The translations under genes were made by a program, and so were the position numbers. Below, piece by piece: positions 11,605 through 22,277 of a stretch of DNA of 64,000 bases. Below the pieces are notes generated by a model that saw nothing but the letters and a program-made list of their open reading frames with translations, had not been told where the DNA came from and searched no databases. Source of the stretch: Candidatus Binatia bacterium (GTDB lineage: Bacteria; Desulfobacterota; Binatia; UBA9968; CAXXLF01); contig CAXXLF010000001.1 of NCBI GenBank assembly GCA_963664015.2, forward strand, positions 1,024,001 to 1,088,000, read 5' to 3'. Within the stretch, counting starts at the first letter, position 1, and each line of letters starts with the position of its first letter.

Positions 11605-12591
11605 TTACCCCCTCAAGTCCTTAGGCCGAAAAGTCAGCTCCACATTCAGAAAATCACTGCGATAATTATTCGGCGGCGACGGTAAAGGTGCGGCCTTTCT
11701 CATGGCCCGCAGCACCGAATCATCGTAGGATGGGTCTCCAGACTTTTCAAGAATCTTGAGTCCGACGATGTCACCGGTTTCCAGTACACCAAAACGCACA
11801 GTCACCTGCAGCTCTGGGTTTTTCCCTGCCCACGCCCACCGTTCCTTGATCAAGTTGAGCATCTGGTTCCTATAAACGAGGAACTCGATACCTTTCAGAA
11901 CGCCCCCACCACGCCCCCCCTTGCCAGGGGTGGCCGCACCGTCGCCCTCATTGGCCCCAGCGTTTACCCCATTGTTACTGGATTCGCCTCGACTCTTTTG
12001 CGTCCGCTGTTTTACCCGATCCAGGGCCGCTTGAATCAGTTGTTCGCGCACCTGCCCAGGTTGGGGCTGTGCCTCTTTTGTTGCCTCTGCTTTCAAGCTC
12101 CCTTGAATGCTCCCATGCTGCTGGGGGGGGGCCTTATAAACCTTTTTCGACACCTTTTTTGACCGCCTCTCGACGGGCGCTGCCGGCTTCTTGGCCAGGG
12201 CCACCCGGGGTGGCCTGATCCGCTTGAGCCTCTTTACCCTCTGAATCTGGTTAGGTCGTAAAGGTCGCTTCTTTTCAATCTTTTTTGTAGCAGCGACCTT
12301 TTTCTGTCTTGCCTGAACCGGCTTTTTCTTCGATACGGGCGGTGACTTTACAGAGACCACCGTGCCAGATCCACCCAGTTTCTCCCCGCCTACCAACTCT
12401 ACCGAGTAAACCGGATAGGTGATGGTGCGCGAAAAAGGTGAATTGGGAACGAGCAAAAACACAATGAGGATGAAGCTATGAACAATACCGGAAATCCCAA
12501 CCCAGTGCCAAAGCCCGATCCTCCCCTCATTCGGCGGCGAATCGTCTCCGCTTCCCTCGCCATTCCCCTGAAGAAAGGAACGGAATTCCAC
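11605..12591 (-). CDS. tolA: TolA/TonB-family protein
   Basis: N-terminal TM, Lys/Pro-rich linker, C-terminal KSGDPSYDDSVLRAM; between tolR and tolB. Confidence 0.85.
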   Translation of the reverse strand: MEFRSFLQGNGEGSGDDSPPNEGRIGLWHWVGISGIVHSFILIVFLLVPNSPFSRTITYPVYSVELVGGEKLGGSGTVVSVKSPPVSKKKPVQARQKKVAATKKIEKKRPLRPNQIQRVKRLKRIRPPRVALAKKPAAPVERRSKKVSKKVYKAPPQQHGSIQGSLKAEATKEAQPQPGQVREQLIQAALDRVKQRTQKSRGESSNNGVNAGANEGDGAATPGKGGRGGGVLKGIEFLVYRNQMLNLIKERWAWAGKNPELQVTVRFGVLETGDIVGLKILEKSGDPSYDDSVLRAMRKAAPLPSPPNNYRSDFLNVELTFRPKDLRG

Positions 12592-12594
12592 AGG

Positions 12595-13017
12595 TTAGCC
12601 TCGATCCGTCGGGGGTTGGGTAATCATTCCCAACCGAACGATTCCCGCCTCTTTGATTGTAGCGATAGCACTCATGACCGCCCCGTAGTTAACATCCCGG
12701 TCCGCCCTGAGAAAAACCTCTTTACCCGATTGGATCTTCGTTATGGCTTGTAGTTTCTTCTTCAACTCGCTAAGCCTCATCCTATTATCATTTAGGTAAA
12801 CCCGACCATCTTTAGTAACGGAAACCACCAACGGTTCCTCGTTGCCTGTTACGGCCCCCGCCTTGGCCTCTGGCAGGTTCACCTGCACCCCTTGTTGAAG
12901 GATGGGAGCGGTCACCATGAATATCACCAGGAGCACGAGCATGACGTCCACGAAAGGAGTCACATTGATCTGTGAAATGGTCGTTCCATTTCGCTGGGAG
13001 GATAGATTGCCAGCCAT
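12595..13017 (-). CDS. tolR: TolR
   Basis: INVTPFVDVMLVLLVIFMVTAP; LRADRDVNYG. Confidence 0.95.
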   Translation of the reverse strand: MAGNLSSQRNGTTISQINVTPFVDVMLVLLVIFMVTAPILQQGVQVNLPEAKAGAVTGNEEPLVVSVTKDGRVYLNDNRMRLSELKKKLQAITKIQSGKEVFLRADRDVNYGAVMSAIATIKEAGIVRLGMITQPPTDRG

Positions 13018-13060
13018 AGTTCAATCCCCCTTTAGCCTATTGCATTGGATCCCAACTATT

Positions 13061-13801
13061 TTACGTAAGGAAATGACGCTCTGCAATGTTTAGAAACTCG
13101 TCTGAAAAGTTGTCCATATCGGCGGCCAAGAGCTTAATCTTATTGGTAAAATGATTGTAGGCCATCAAGGCAGGAATTGCCGCTGCCAGACCCGCTGCCG
13201 TGGCAATCAATGCCTCCGCAATACCGGGGGCAACGGCTTGAATACTAGATGAGTGCGTCACGCTCAGTCCACGGAAGGCGTTCATGATGCCCCATACGGT
13301 ACCGAACAGTCCTATGAACGGCGTTGCACTGGACGTTGTGGCCAGAAACGTCAACGCCTTTTCCAGCTTGGTGATCTCGACGTTGGCCGCCCGCTTCATG
13401 GCCCGCGCCACGTTCTCAGCCCCGCCTAACTCGGTAGAGAGTTCGTCCCCCGTTTGATTTTCTTTTCTCGTCTGGGAAACCCGGATCATCTCTTCGTAAC
13501 TCGCACGGAAAACCTGTGCCACCGGACTGAGCATCAGCTCCTTACTCGTTTCGTGGATGGATTCTAGGTCCTGGCTATCCCAAAAGTTGTGAATGAACTG
13601 CTCCGACTGTATCCTAGCCAAGCGTACCTGGCGGAATTTTTGAAATATAATTCCCCAACTGACGATCGAGAATAACACCAGCAAATACAGGATAAACTGG
13701 ACGACCGGCCCCGCTCCACGGACCAAGTCCAGGATGTCTTGTTTTTGCGGAGTCAACAGCTCGGTTTGGGCAAGTAGTTCAATAAACCAAAGAAAAGGCA
13801 T
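13061..13801 (-). CDS. tolQ: TolQ
   Basis: TPFIGLFGTVWGIMNAF, VAPGIAEALIATAAGLAAAIPA. Start uncertain (13801 chosen). Confidence 0.93.
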   Translation of the reverse strand: MPFLWFIELLAQTELLTPQKQDILDLVRGAGPVVQFILYLLVLFSIVSWGIIFQKFRQVRLARIQSEQFIHNFWDSQDLESIHETSKELMLSPVAQVFRASYEEMIRVSQTRKENQTGDELSTELGGAENVARAMKRAANVEITKLEKALTFLATTSSATPFIGLFGTVWGIMNAFRGLSVTHSSSIQAVAPGIAEALIATAAGLAAAIPALMAYNHFTNKIKLLAADMDNFSDEFLNIAERHFLT

Positions 13802-13902
13802 GGAAAATTTCAACAATTCATTTGAAAAATTATTACAATCGCTGTACTTAGTCAAACAATTCCAAAACATTTCCGAAAAAAAGATTTAGCGAAGTTTTGC
13901 AA

Positions 13903-15084
13903 ATGATCCCTACACTAAAAGATTTAGACCTAAAAGGTAAAAGAATTTTCGTGCGTGTTGATTTCAATGTCCCGTTGAGCGACGGTAGGATAACCGAGAC
14001 GCACAGGATTGACGCCACCCTCCCGACACTGAGAACGCTGCAATCGCAAGCGGCAAAGATCGTCCTGGCGTCGCACCTTGGGCGCCCCGGGGGGAAGAGG
14101 GAAGCCAAATGGAGCCTTGCACCGGTGCGCGCATATCTGGAGCAAGCGCTCTCTATGCCTGTTGCCATGGCTCCCGATTGCACGGGTCCCGAGGTCGAGG
14201 CCCTGGTCAAAGACAACAGCCAACCGACCGTCATCCTCTTGGAGAACCTGCGTTTTAACCCAGGAGAAGAGGCCAATGACACCGATTTTTCCCACGCCCT
14301 TGCCGCACTGGCGGAAGTTTACGTGAACGACGCCTTCGGAACCGCGCACAGGGCCCATGCCTCAACCGCAGGGATGGTCCCCTACGTCCCACGCAAAGGG
14401 ATGGGCCTTCTCTTTCAAAAGGAGATGGAATGCCTAGGTCGGGCTCTCTCATCGCCTGAACGACCCTTTGTCGCGATACTCGGAGGAGCAAAGGTTTCCG
14501 ACAAGATGGGAGTTATCCGAAACCTCATGGACAAGGTCAACACCCTAATAATTGGGGGCGGCATGGCCTATACCTTTCTCAAGGCCCGCGGCCGAACCGT
14601 TGGAAAGTCCCTTTTGGAGGAGGATCGATTGCACCTGGCAATGGAACTTATCAACCTTGCCAACGATCACAATGTCCGACTGCACCTCCCTACGGACCAC
14701 GTGGCAGCACAGACCGCTGAGAGTATGAGCGGGACAGTCATCTCGGATGAAAACATACCCTCCCAGTTGATGGGACTGGACATCGGCCCCAGGTCCACGG
14801 ATACCTTCGCCCAAGAGATCCGCAACGCTGGGACAGTTATCTGGAATGGCCCCGTGGGATTGTTCGAGAAAGAGCCCTTCAGCCACGGGACCTGCGCTTT
14901 GGCCAAAGCCCTAGCTGAGAGCAACGCCATCAGCATCATCGGCGGCGGCGACACCGTCGCCGCCGTTGGACAAGCCGGTGTCGCCGAGAAGATGACCCAT
15001 CTATCCACAGGCGGTGGAGCCACTCTGGAATTTCTCGAGGGCAAGAAGCTACCCGGAGTTGTCGCACTGGAGAACAATCAATGA
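13903..15084 (+). CDS. pgk: Phosphoglycerate kinase
   Basis: RVDFNVP, SHLGRP, LLENLRF, NDAFGTAHRAHAS, STGGGATLEFLEGK. Confidence 0.97.
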   Translation: MIPTLKDLDLKGKRIFVRVDFNVPLSDGRITETHRIDATLPTLRTLQSQAAKIVLASHLGRPGGKREAKWSLAPVRAYLEQALSMPVAMAPDCTGPEVEALVKDNSQPTVILLENLRFNPGEEANDTDFSHALAALAEVYVNDAFGTAHRAHASTAGMVPYVPRKGMGLLFQKEMECLGRALSSPERPFVAILGGAKVSDKMGVIRNLMDKVNTLIIGGGMAYTFLKARGRTVGKSLLEEDRLHLAMELINLANDHNVRLHLPTDHVAAQTAESMSGTVISDENIPSQLMGLDIGPRSTDTFAQEIRNAGTVIWNGPVGLFEKEPFSHGTCALAKALAESNAISIIGGGDTVAAVGQAGVAEKMTHLSTGGGATLEFLEGKKLPGVVALENNQ

Positions 15085-15866
15085 AACGCCCTCTGATTGT
15101 AGGCAATTGGAAGATGAATGGGACAAGCGCTGAAGCCGTAAAGCTCACCCGTCATGTCCGCGATGGGGTGAAGGCACTCAGGTCCGTAGAAATCGCCCTG
15201 GCTCCCCCCTTCACTGCCCTGAATGCGGTGGCGTCGATAACCGGTGGCCGTCGCATTCACTTGGTTGCACAGAACGTCCATTGGGAAGACAAGGGGGCTT
15301 TCACCGGGGAGATCAGTGCCCGGATGCTCAAAGAGATCGGTTGCCAACTTGTCATTGTCGGCCATTCGGAACGACGGCACCTGTTCCATGAAACCGATCG
15401 GTGGGTGGCTTGGAAGATACGCGCCACGCTCAATTCGGGCCTCCTTCCCATCTTGTGCGTGGGCGAAACCCTTGCGGAGCGCCAGCGCGGCCGCGCCCGG
15501 CAAGTGATCACACGCCAGCTACGCGCCGCGTTGAAGGGGATACGGGAAAGTGCTATAGACAAACTCACGGTCGCTTACGAACCGGTCTGGGCCATTGGCA
15601 CGGGCCAACATGCCACGCCAGTACAGGTCGCACAGGCCCACCGATGGATTCGCGACGCCCTAAAAGAGCTATTGGGCAGGTTCAAAACTGGAGAGATTCG
15701 AATTCTTTACGGAGGAAGCGTTCGGCCGGATAATTCCTCGGAGATCGCCGGCGTAGCGGAAGTAGATGGGTTGTTAATAGGGGGAGCCAGTCTCAAGGCC
15801 GACGACTTTTTAAGGATCATCGGCGATTTCGAACAGTCTAAATCAAGGCAACGGCGGAGAAAATAA
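15081..15866 (+). CDS. tpiA: Triosephosphate isomerase
   Basis: GNWKMN, GHSERR, AYEPVWAIGTG, YGGSV, GGASL. Confidence 0.97.
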   Translation: MKRPLIVGNWKMNGTSAEAVKLTRHVRDGVKALRSVEIALAPPFTALNAVASITGGRRIHLVAQNVHWEDKGAFTGEISARMLKEIGCQLVIVGHSERRHLFHETDRWVAWKIRATLNSGLLPILCVGETLAERQRGRARQVITRQLRAALKGIRESAIDKLTVAYEPVWAIGTGQHATPVQVAQAHRWIRDALKELLGRFKTGEIRILYGGSVRPDNSSEIAGVAEVDGLLIGGASLKADDFLRIIGDFEQSKSRQRRRK

Positions 15867-15869
15867 CGC

Positions 15870-16196
15870 GTGATTACTTTTGTTGTCATCCTCCATATTA
15901 TCGTGAGTCTGGGACTCATTCTGGTCGTTCTGCTACAAACCGGAAAAGGAGCCGAGATGGGAGCCGTATTCGGAGGTTCCAGCTCGACCATTTTTGGGAG
16001 TGGTGGAGCGGGAAATTTTCTGACTCGGCTAACCACCGGCATGGCCATCGTATTTATGGTGACCTCGCTCACGCTGGGGTATTTTTCCGGGAAGCAGGGA
16101 TCCTCCACCGTCTTCGATTCGGTAACTCCTCCAGCGGCTCGCTCGACTCCCCCTGCCGCCGAATCAGACCAACCGTCAAGACCTCCCGGATCCTAG
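15870..16196 (+). CDS. secG: Preprotein translocase subunit SecG
   Basis: VLLQTGKGAEMGAVFGG..NFLTRLT; tpiA-secG-tRNA-Leu synteny. Confidence 0.95.
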   Translation: MITFVVILHIIVSLGLILVVLLQTGKGAEMGAVFGGSSSTIFGSGGAGNFLTRLTTGMAIVFMVTSLTLGYFSGKQGSSTVFDSVTPPAARSTPPAAESDQPSRPPGS

Positions 16197-16234
16197 AAAG
16201 AATAGGGTCAACACCGTTCCAGTGGCTCAGGCAT

Positions 16235-16321
16235 GCGAGGATGGCGGAACCGGCAGACGCGCTAGCTTGAGGGGCTAGTGCTCGAAAGGGCGTGGGGGTT
16301 CAAATCCCCCTCCTCGCACCA
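16235..16321 (+). tRNA. tRNA-Leu(GAG)
   Basis: Acceptor stem GCGAGGA/TCCTCGC plus ACCA; D arm TGGCGGAACCGGCAGACGC; anticodon arm CTAGC-TTGAGGG-GCTAG; long variable arm; GGTTCAAATCC T arm. Confidence 0.97.
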
Positions 16322-16763
16322 GACCAACCGCCTGTTTTCTCAAGGGTTCCCGATTTGAGACCTGGATAGGTTTCGGTAAAGGTTTCGGTTTAGCCCTATT
16401 TAGGGCCGCTTTTCCAAACGTATCTTGCCCTCCAAGCCATCTTCCATATCTGCTGAAAATCATCCCTGCTGACGTTCCGACTTACTCTGCTATCTGCTTC
16501 GGATTTTCCCCATACGATAGCTGCACAGATATGAAACTGTGCCGTGTGAGGTAGAAATCCCGGTGACGGATATTCAACACCGTGAGTGCCCCTTGGAAGT
16601 AGCGATCACCAAAGCTCAAGTGGTTAATGGGGTTCCCATCCCGTTGAGTAAATAGATGGGCCTCTGGCCGTACTCTCAGGGGCTTTATCTGCTTTAGGTA
16701 GGCGAGTACGTTCTCGTTTAAGGTAATTGTCCGATTGCTCCCCAGCGTCTTGGTTTCGCTTTC
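16275..16763 (-). pseudogene. Tyrosine integrase C-terminal remnant
   Basis: Manual translation ESETKTLGSNRTITL...RDFYLTRHSFISVQLSYGENPKQIAE*VGTSAGMIFSRYGRW shows box II and the catalytic Tyr region. In-frame TAA at 16482-16484; 5' part deleted. Confidence 0.85.
16368..16389. repeat. Tandem AGGTTTCGGT repeat, likely integrase arm-type sites
   Basis: AGGTTTCGGT at 16368-16377 and 16380-16389, ~50 bp from the tRNA end. Confidence 0.55.
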
Positions 16764-16989
16764 TGCATACTCGGTACGCGATCCGAAAGTGATCCAAAGA
16801 ATTTACAAGGAGATCTTTCCACTGGTGAAGAAGGGCGGATGCTTTCTCAATTTCGACCGGCTAGGTTCTCCATTAAAAGATCAAATGTCGTGGCTCGGAC
16901 AGGCCGGATTTATCGACGTAAAATGTTTTTGGCAAGACGAAAGACGCAGCCTCTTCGGCGGATTTAAAAGGGAGCAGCCACATTCCTGA
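16764..16989 (+). pseudogene. C-terminal fragment of a class I SAM methyltransferase-like gene
   Basis: VRDPKVIQRIYKEIFPLVKKGGCFLNFD...WLGQAGFIDVKCFW resembles the methyltransferase L.PGG region. No N-terminus; joined abruptly to the integrase remnant. Confidence 0.55.
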
Positions 16990-17321
16990 ATGCCGACCAT
17001 GCACGCCCACAGTGTTGCATATTCTTCTTGACTGAAAACTGATTACTGGCGACGGTTTTGTCTGCTCCCTGCCTCTGCCTGCTTTTCTTACTCCTTCCGG
17101 GTAGTCCTGTTGTCCGTAGTCAGTGGTCTGCACCAGGCGCATTGGGTTATGCCCTTTGTAATCTTCTGCATTTAGCGATTCTCTAGCCTCAATCTTCCAT
17201 CCCCGTCTTACCTTTTTCCTTTCCCAGCCCTTTGCCCTACTCCCATTCCGAGACCGTCCTTGACAATATGGAAGAGGGTCGAGTATAGATGCAGGCATTC
17301 GGCCGGAAGGTAGCATGCCCC

Positions 17322-18626
17322 ATGGATACCAAGTCGTTAAATAATCTAATAAAACCAAAAGACGGGCTGGTGAGCTCGCGGATTTTTACCGATCCTGAGA
17401 TTTATCGTCTCGAGCGGGAACGCATCTTTACCAGGACCTGGTTGTATGTGGCGCATGAATCGGAAATCCGCCAGCCCGGTGATTTTGTAAGTCGCTCCAT
17501 GGGAGAGGATTCGGTTATCGTATCGAGGGGGAGGGATGGTAACACTCGGGTTTTTCTGAATGTGTGCCGGCACCGTGGGCGAAAGATTTGCAGCGAAGAT
17601 CTCGGTAACACCTCAAAGTTTATTTGTGGTTACCATGGCTGGACCTACAACGAATTAGGGGAACTCACTGCGGTCCCTTTCTTCGATGCCTATCAGGGCA
17701 GATTGGACAAGAACAAGAACGGGCTTCACCAAGCCCGCGTCGATATCTATCACGGATTAATATTCGCGACCTGGGACACCGGGTTGGAGTCGTTGAGCGA
17801 TTATCTGGGTCCCATGAAGTGGATTCTGGATTTAGCCTTCGGTCGGACCGAGGGTACGGAAGTGGTTGGACCACCGATTCGATGGGTTGCGGATACCAAT
17901 TGGAAACTAGGCGCGGCCAATTTCACGGGAGACGGAGTTCATGTTCTGACGACTCATGGGTTTTCAACCCAACTCGGTCTGCATCAGTTGAAGGCTAGCG
18001 GCGGTCGTCCCGGGGGGTACGCCGTCGATCCAGGAAACGGGCACGGGGCCTCTCTCGTGTCACCGGCCTCAAAGGGTGAATACTACCTGGGTCTCCCTAA
18101 AGAGCTTTGGCCCGAACTGGAGCGAACTCTTACCAAGGAGCAGATTGGGATCATCAAACCCCTGATCATTCTGGCTGGCAATGTTTTCCCTAACCTGAGC
18201 TTCCTGCAAACCGCCGGTCATTCCCCCAAGGAGTGGGGCGGACCGGAAGGGATGCCGATCTCATTTTTAACGCTTCGTCAGTGGCAGCCCCTGGGGCCGG
18301 AATCGATGGAAGGTTTAACGTGGCTTTTTATGGATAAGAATACTCCTTCACAGTGGCGGGAGTATTCCAGGCAGTGCTATCAGCGGGTCTTTGGGGTTGC
18401 CGGAACATTTGAGCAGGACGACCTGGAGAACTGGGGGCAGATTACTCAGGGGCTCCGCGGTCCCATGGCCGGGAGACTCTGGCTTCACTACGAGCTTGGC
18501 CTCGATTTAAAACCCTCTAAAGAATGGCCCGGTCCGGGGACGGCTTATAGTGGTCAGCCGCCTTGGTTCGACCAGCTCGAGAGCCTGTTTTATGGGCACT
18601 GCGTGAAGCTTCTGATGCAGGAGTAA
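17322..18626 (+). CDS. Rieske aromatic ring-hydroxylating dioxygenase alpha subunit
   Basis: Rieske motifs CRHRG and CGYHGW; mononuclear Fe site NFTGDGVHVLTTH and EQDDLENW. Confidence 0.93.
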   Translation: MDTKSLNNLIKPKDGLVSSRIFTDPEIYRLERERIFTRTWLYVAHESEIRQPGDFVSRSMGEDSVIVSRGRDGNTRVFLNVCRHRGRKICSEDLGNTSKFICGYHGWTYNELGELTAVPFFDAYQGRLDKNKNGLHQARVDIYHGLIFATWDTGLESLSDYLGPMKWILDLAFGRTEGTEVVGPPIRWVADTNWKLGAANFTGDGVHVLTTHGFSTQLGLHQLKASGGRPGGYAVDPGNGHGASLVSPASKGEYYLGLPKELWPELERTLTKEQIGIIKPLIILAGNVFPNLSFLQTAGHSPKEWGGPEGMPISFLTLRQWQPLGPESMEGLTWLFMDKNTPSQWREYSRQCYQRVFGVAGTFEQDDLENWGQITQGLRGPMAGRLWLHYELGLDLKPSKEWPGPGTAYSGQPPWFDQLESLFYGHCVKLLMQE

Positions 18627-18633
18627 TTTGGTG

Positions 18634-19152
18634 ATGGAGACCTCCGACTTAATTTTCCCCAGTGACGAGCGGTATTCGGAGGTCCTCTACTTTCTTTACC
18701 GCGAGGCGGAGCTTCTGGATAACCGTTGTTTTACCGAGTGGTTGGACCTGCTAGCGGAAGATATTCATTACCGGATGCCTGTGCCTATTACCAGAGGGCG
18801 TAATTTAGAGTACTCAGACGAGATGGATATTTTCTCGGACAATTTGGCTTCCCTCAAAGTTCGGGTGGATAAGCTCAGGACGGATTTTGCCTGGGCGGAT
18901 ACGCCTCCGTCACGGACCCGTCATATGATCAGCAACCTCCGCCTGAAAGTTACGGACAAACCCGACGAGCTTCAATCGATTAGCTCCGTTCTCGTCTACA
19001 GCAACCGGTTTTCCCAGCCGGATGCGGATCTCTTCTCCGCAGAGCGATTTGACCTGCTTAGGAGAGTCAACGGACAATGGCTTCTCGCACAGCGGACGGT
19101 TCATCTGGACCAGTCTGTCGTAGGAGCCAGGCACATAACGGTCTTCTTTTGA
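18634..19152 (+). CDS. Aromatic ring-hydroxylating dioxygenase beta subunit
   Basis: FLYREAELLD..WLDLL..Y.MP, WADTPPSRTRHMISN, R.DLLRR; follows the alpha subunit. Confidence 0.93.
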   Translation: METSDLIFPSDERYSEVLYFLYREAELLDNRCFTEWLDLLAEDIHYRMPVPITRGRNLEYSDEMDIFSDNLASLKVRVDKLRTDFAWADTPPSRTRHMISNLRLKVTDKPDELQSISSVLVYSNRFSQPDADLFSAERFDLLRRVNGQWLLAQRTVHLDQSVVGARHITVFF

Positions 19153-19203
19153 CATCAATAACTTTGGCTATCAACGGTTTTAACTGAGTGCATATGCAGA
19201 AAA

Positions 19204-20376
19204 ATGGAGGAAACAGAAATGAAAAACACACTTGGTGATCAGGCGAGTCAGTGGGGTAAGGTCTTGTGGCGGAGTGTCTTTGTCATAATGTTAGGCGGGC
19301 TCTTGGCCGGCTCCCCCGGGGTGGCCCAGTCAAATTCAAAAACCGAATGGGCCAAGACCCTGAAAGCGGCCCAAAAGGAAGGCCACTTTGCTCTTATCCA
19401 TGGCGGTGGCGCTTCGAGCTCCATGCAGCGTTTATTCAAAGAGGAATTTCCCAAGCAGTTCCCCAAGATCAAAATAGAGTTGATCGTCGCCGGCGGTAGG
19501 AGCGTCGCGCCGCGGGTCCTGGCGGAACGAAGGGCGGGCAGATTCGGTTGGGATGTGTATATCGGGGGCACGACGACAGCGCTTCGGTTGCTGATGCCGG
19601 CCGGGGCATTTGATCCTGTGCGAAATGGGCTCATCCTCCCGGAGGTCATAGACCCCAGCAAGTGGTTCGGGGGTAAAATTGATTTTGCCGACGATGCAGA
19701 AACCTACAACCTGGCCTTCGGCGGTTATGTCATTCCGCCGTTCGCCTATAATACGAATACAGTCAAGGGAGACGAAATCCGGTCCTTTTGGGATATCCTC
19801 GATCCCAGGTGGCGCGGCAAGATCATCATGTTCGATCCCCGCCAGCCCGGCGCGGGTCTGGCGTCGGCCACATTTTCCTATATCCAACCGGCCCTGGGCA
19901 AGGAATTCCTGCGCCGGTTGTTCACCGAGCAGAAAGTTACCCTGGTGAGAAACTACCGCCAGCTCATTGAGGAAGTAGCTCGGGGAAACTTCCAGCTTGG
20001 GATTGGTGTCCACCAGGCTATCTTCAACGAACTCAAGTCCAAGGGACTGCCGCTGGGGAGATTTGCCGCCGACGACCTCAAGGAGGGCAGTTATCTTACC
20101 ACGGCAACAGCAAGCTTGGGGTTGATGAACCGTGCACCGCATCCCAACGCGGCGAGGGTATTTATAAACTGGTTTTTGAGCAAAGATGCCCAGCACAAGT
20201 ATAGTATAGCCTCCGGGTATTGGAGCCGTCGTGTAGATGTTCCGCAGGATCATCTTGACAAGGGTATTATCCCAAAGGCGGAAAAGTACGATTCCTACCA
20301 GGCCAACTACAAGGAAAAATACGTCAAGCGGCGCGACGAGATCGTTAAGTTTTTGCGGACGTTGATCAAGAGGTAA
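19204..20376 (+). CDS. ABC transporter substrate-binding protein (FbpA/thiamine-like class)
   Basis: Signal peptide; AYNTN, WDILDPRWRGKI, APHPNAARVFINWFLSKDAQ. Confidence 0.88.
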   Translation: MEETEMKNTLGDQASQWGKVLWRSVFVIMLGGLLAGSPGVAQSNSKTEWAKTLKAAQKEGHFALIHGGGASSSMQRLFKEEFPKQFPKIKIELIVAGGRSVAPRVLAERRAGRFGWDVYIGGTTTALRLLMPAGAFDPVRNGLILPEVIDPSKWFGGKIDFADDAETYNLAFGGYVIPPFAYNTNTVKGDEIRSFWDILDPRWRGKIIMFDPRQPGAGLASATFSYIQPALGKEFLRRLFTEQKVTLVRNYRQLIEEVARGNFQLGIGVHQAIFNELKSKGLPLGRFAADDLKEGSYLTTATASLGLMNRAPHPNAARVFINWFLSKDAQHKYSIASGYWSRRVDVPQDHLDKGIIPKAEKYDSYQANYKEKYVKRRDEIVKFLRTLIKR

Positions 20377-20409
20377 GCGATGTCGTTCCTAAGATGATCG
20401 AGAAAACGC

Positions 20410-20442
20410 CCGAGGCACTGGGGCTTGTTCCCAGTGCCTCGG
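20410..20442. repeat. Perfect 13-bp intercistronic hairpin
   Basis: CCGAGGCACTGGG-gcttgtt-CCCAGTGCCTCGG between SBP and permease; no U-tract. Confidence 0.75.
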
Positions 20443-20537
20443 TTCCGTAACAACAATCATAAAAATGGCATTCAACCATCGAGAGGATCTCGTCGGGGCA
20501 GGTCCTTCCCTCCCATCCGGCGGGCAGAGCTATTTTC

Positions 20538-22277
20538 ATGCCGTTCTCTGATCTTTCGGTAGGAAAGGCTACCTACAGACCGCTGCACCTGAATATTCGA
20601 GTTCTGCTCCTGAGCCTGACTTTGGGGGTAGTCTGTTTTCTGGTGCTCGCGCCTCTGATTTGGACCATCGTGAGCAGTGTTATCGTTTCCAAACCCTGGG
20701 AGCCTATAGTCTACGGCCTTGAAGGATGGCAGACCGCGTTCACGAGTCCGGGGATCGTTAATTCCATCTACAACACCTTTACCCTAGCTATCACACGCCA
20801 GTTCATTGCCCTTATCCTGGGCATAGTCCTGGCATGGCTCCTGGCGCGAACCGACATTCCCTTGAAGGGCTCGATGGAGTTCATGTTCTGGTTGTCTTTT
20901 TTCATGCCGGCGTTGCCGATTACCATGGGCTGGATTCTGGCCTTCGATCCAAAAGTCGGCCTCGTGAACAACTGGCTGGCCAGGCTCCCCTTCATCGATG
21001 GCCCCGTGTTTAATATCTATTCGTTCTGGGGCATCATTTGGGCTCATTTGACCGCGTCAACTCTCGGTGTCAAGGTCATGCTACTGACGCCCGCGTTCCG
21101 AAACATGGATTCGGCACTGGAGGAGGCCTCTCGCACGGCGGGAGGAAGCACGTGGACCACCTTTAGGCGCATCATTATCCCCGTCATGACCCCCGCTATT
21201 CTGGTCACCTCCATCCTCGGTTTGATCCGGGCTCTGGAGGCCTTCGAGATCGAACTGATCCTGGGATTTCGAGTCGGTATAGACGTGTACTCGACGAGAA
21301 TTCACAGCATGCTTGAATACGATCCCATGGGAGGCGTTGCCCCCGCCTCTGCCCTTAGCACCTTCTTCCTTTGTATCTTGCTTTTAATGGTGATTTTTAA
21401 CCGTACCTACATCAAGAGGAGGCAGTACACAACGGTTACCGGGCGTTATTCCAACCATCCTACACAGCTGGGCCGATGGAGGTATCCGATCTTCGCAGTG
21501 GTGCTCTTGATTGTATCGCTGATCACCTTCGTCCCGATTTTATTTCTGATCTTGGGGACTTTTATGACGGTTTTTGGCTTTTTTAACATTCCCCAGGTAT
21601 GGACACTGAGCCATTGGACCATGGTTTTGCAGGACGCCAGTTTCTTAAACGCGCTCATGAACACTTTTTTTATCGGGCTGGGAGCGGCGCTGGTGGGCGT
21701 TATTTTTTATTCGTTGATCGCTTACGTTATCGTCAAGAGCGATTTCAAGGGGAAACCGGTGCTGGATTTCATTTCCTGGTTGCCCTGGTCGATCCCTGGA
21801 ATCTTGTTGGGTTTTGGCTTGTTGTGGACGTTTCTCAATACGCCGGTCCTCAAGACGCTCCACGGGACAACGTATCTCATGATTATTGCGATTGTCATCA
21901 AGAGCATGCCCTTCGGGGTCCAGTTTATAAAAACTGCGATGCTTCAACTGAGCAGCGAATTGGAAGAGGCATCCAGAGTATGTGGGGGGTCATGGTTTGC
22001 GACCTATCTCCGTATCCTGTTTCCCCTGATGCTGCCCATGATTCTCGTCGTCGGGTTGTTGGTCTTCAACTCGGCGGCGCGAGATATCAGCACTTTGGTC
22101 CTCTTGGGGACGTCCAATGCGAGAACCCTATCTCTTCTGATGCTGGACTGGATAACCGGCGAGGCCTCCCCTGAAAAAGCCATGGCGGTAGGCGTGGTGA
22201 TCGTGGTGGTTGTAGTGTTTACTTCCCTAATGGCGCTGTTGCTCGGTGGGCGATGGATGGTTAAAGGTGGAGAGTAG
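20538..22277 (+). CDS. ABC transporter fused double permease (FbpB-like)
   Basis: Two EAA loops (LEEASRTAGG, LEEASRVCGG); about 12 TM segments. Confidence 0.9.
   Translation: MPFSDLSVGKATYRPLHLNIRVLLLSLTLGVVCFLVLAPLIWTIVSSVIVSKPWEPIVYGLEGWQTAFTSPGIVNSIYNTFTLAITRQFIALILGIVLAWLLARTDIPLKGSMEFMFWLSFFMPALPITMGWILAFDPKVGLVNNWLARLPFIDGPVFNIYSFWGIIWAHLTASTLGVKVMLLTPAFRNMDSALEEASRTAGGSTWTTFRRIIIPVMTPAILVTSILGLIRALEAFEIELILGFRVGIDVYSTRIHSMLEYDPMGGVAPASALSTFFLCILLLMVIFNRTYIKRRQYTTVTGRYSNHPTQLGRWRYPIFAVVLLIVSLITFVPILFLILGTFMTVFGFFNIPQVWTLSHWTMVLQDASFLNALMNTFFIGLGAALVGVIFYSLIAYVIVKSDFKGKPVLDFISWLPWSIPGILLGFGLLWTFLNTPVLKTLHGTTYLMIIAIVIKSMPFGVQFIKTAMLQLSSELEEASRVCGGSWFATYLRILFPLMLPMILVVGLLVFNSAARDISTLVLLGTSNARTLSLLMLDWITGEASPEKAMAVGVVIVVVVVFTSLMALLLGGRWMVKGGE

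Noticed and set aside
13802-13902. Absence of gap upstream of pgk
   Set aside because: gap is often located elsewhere; no remnant or rearrangement scar is visible.
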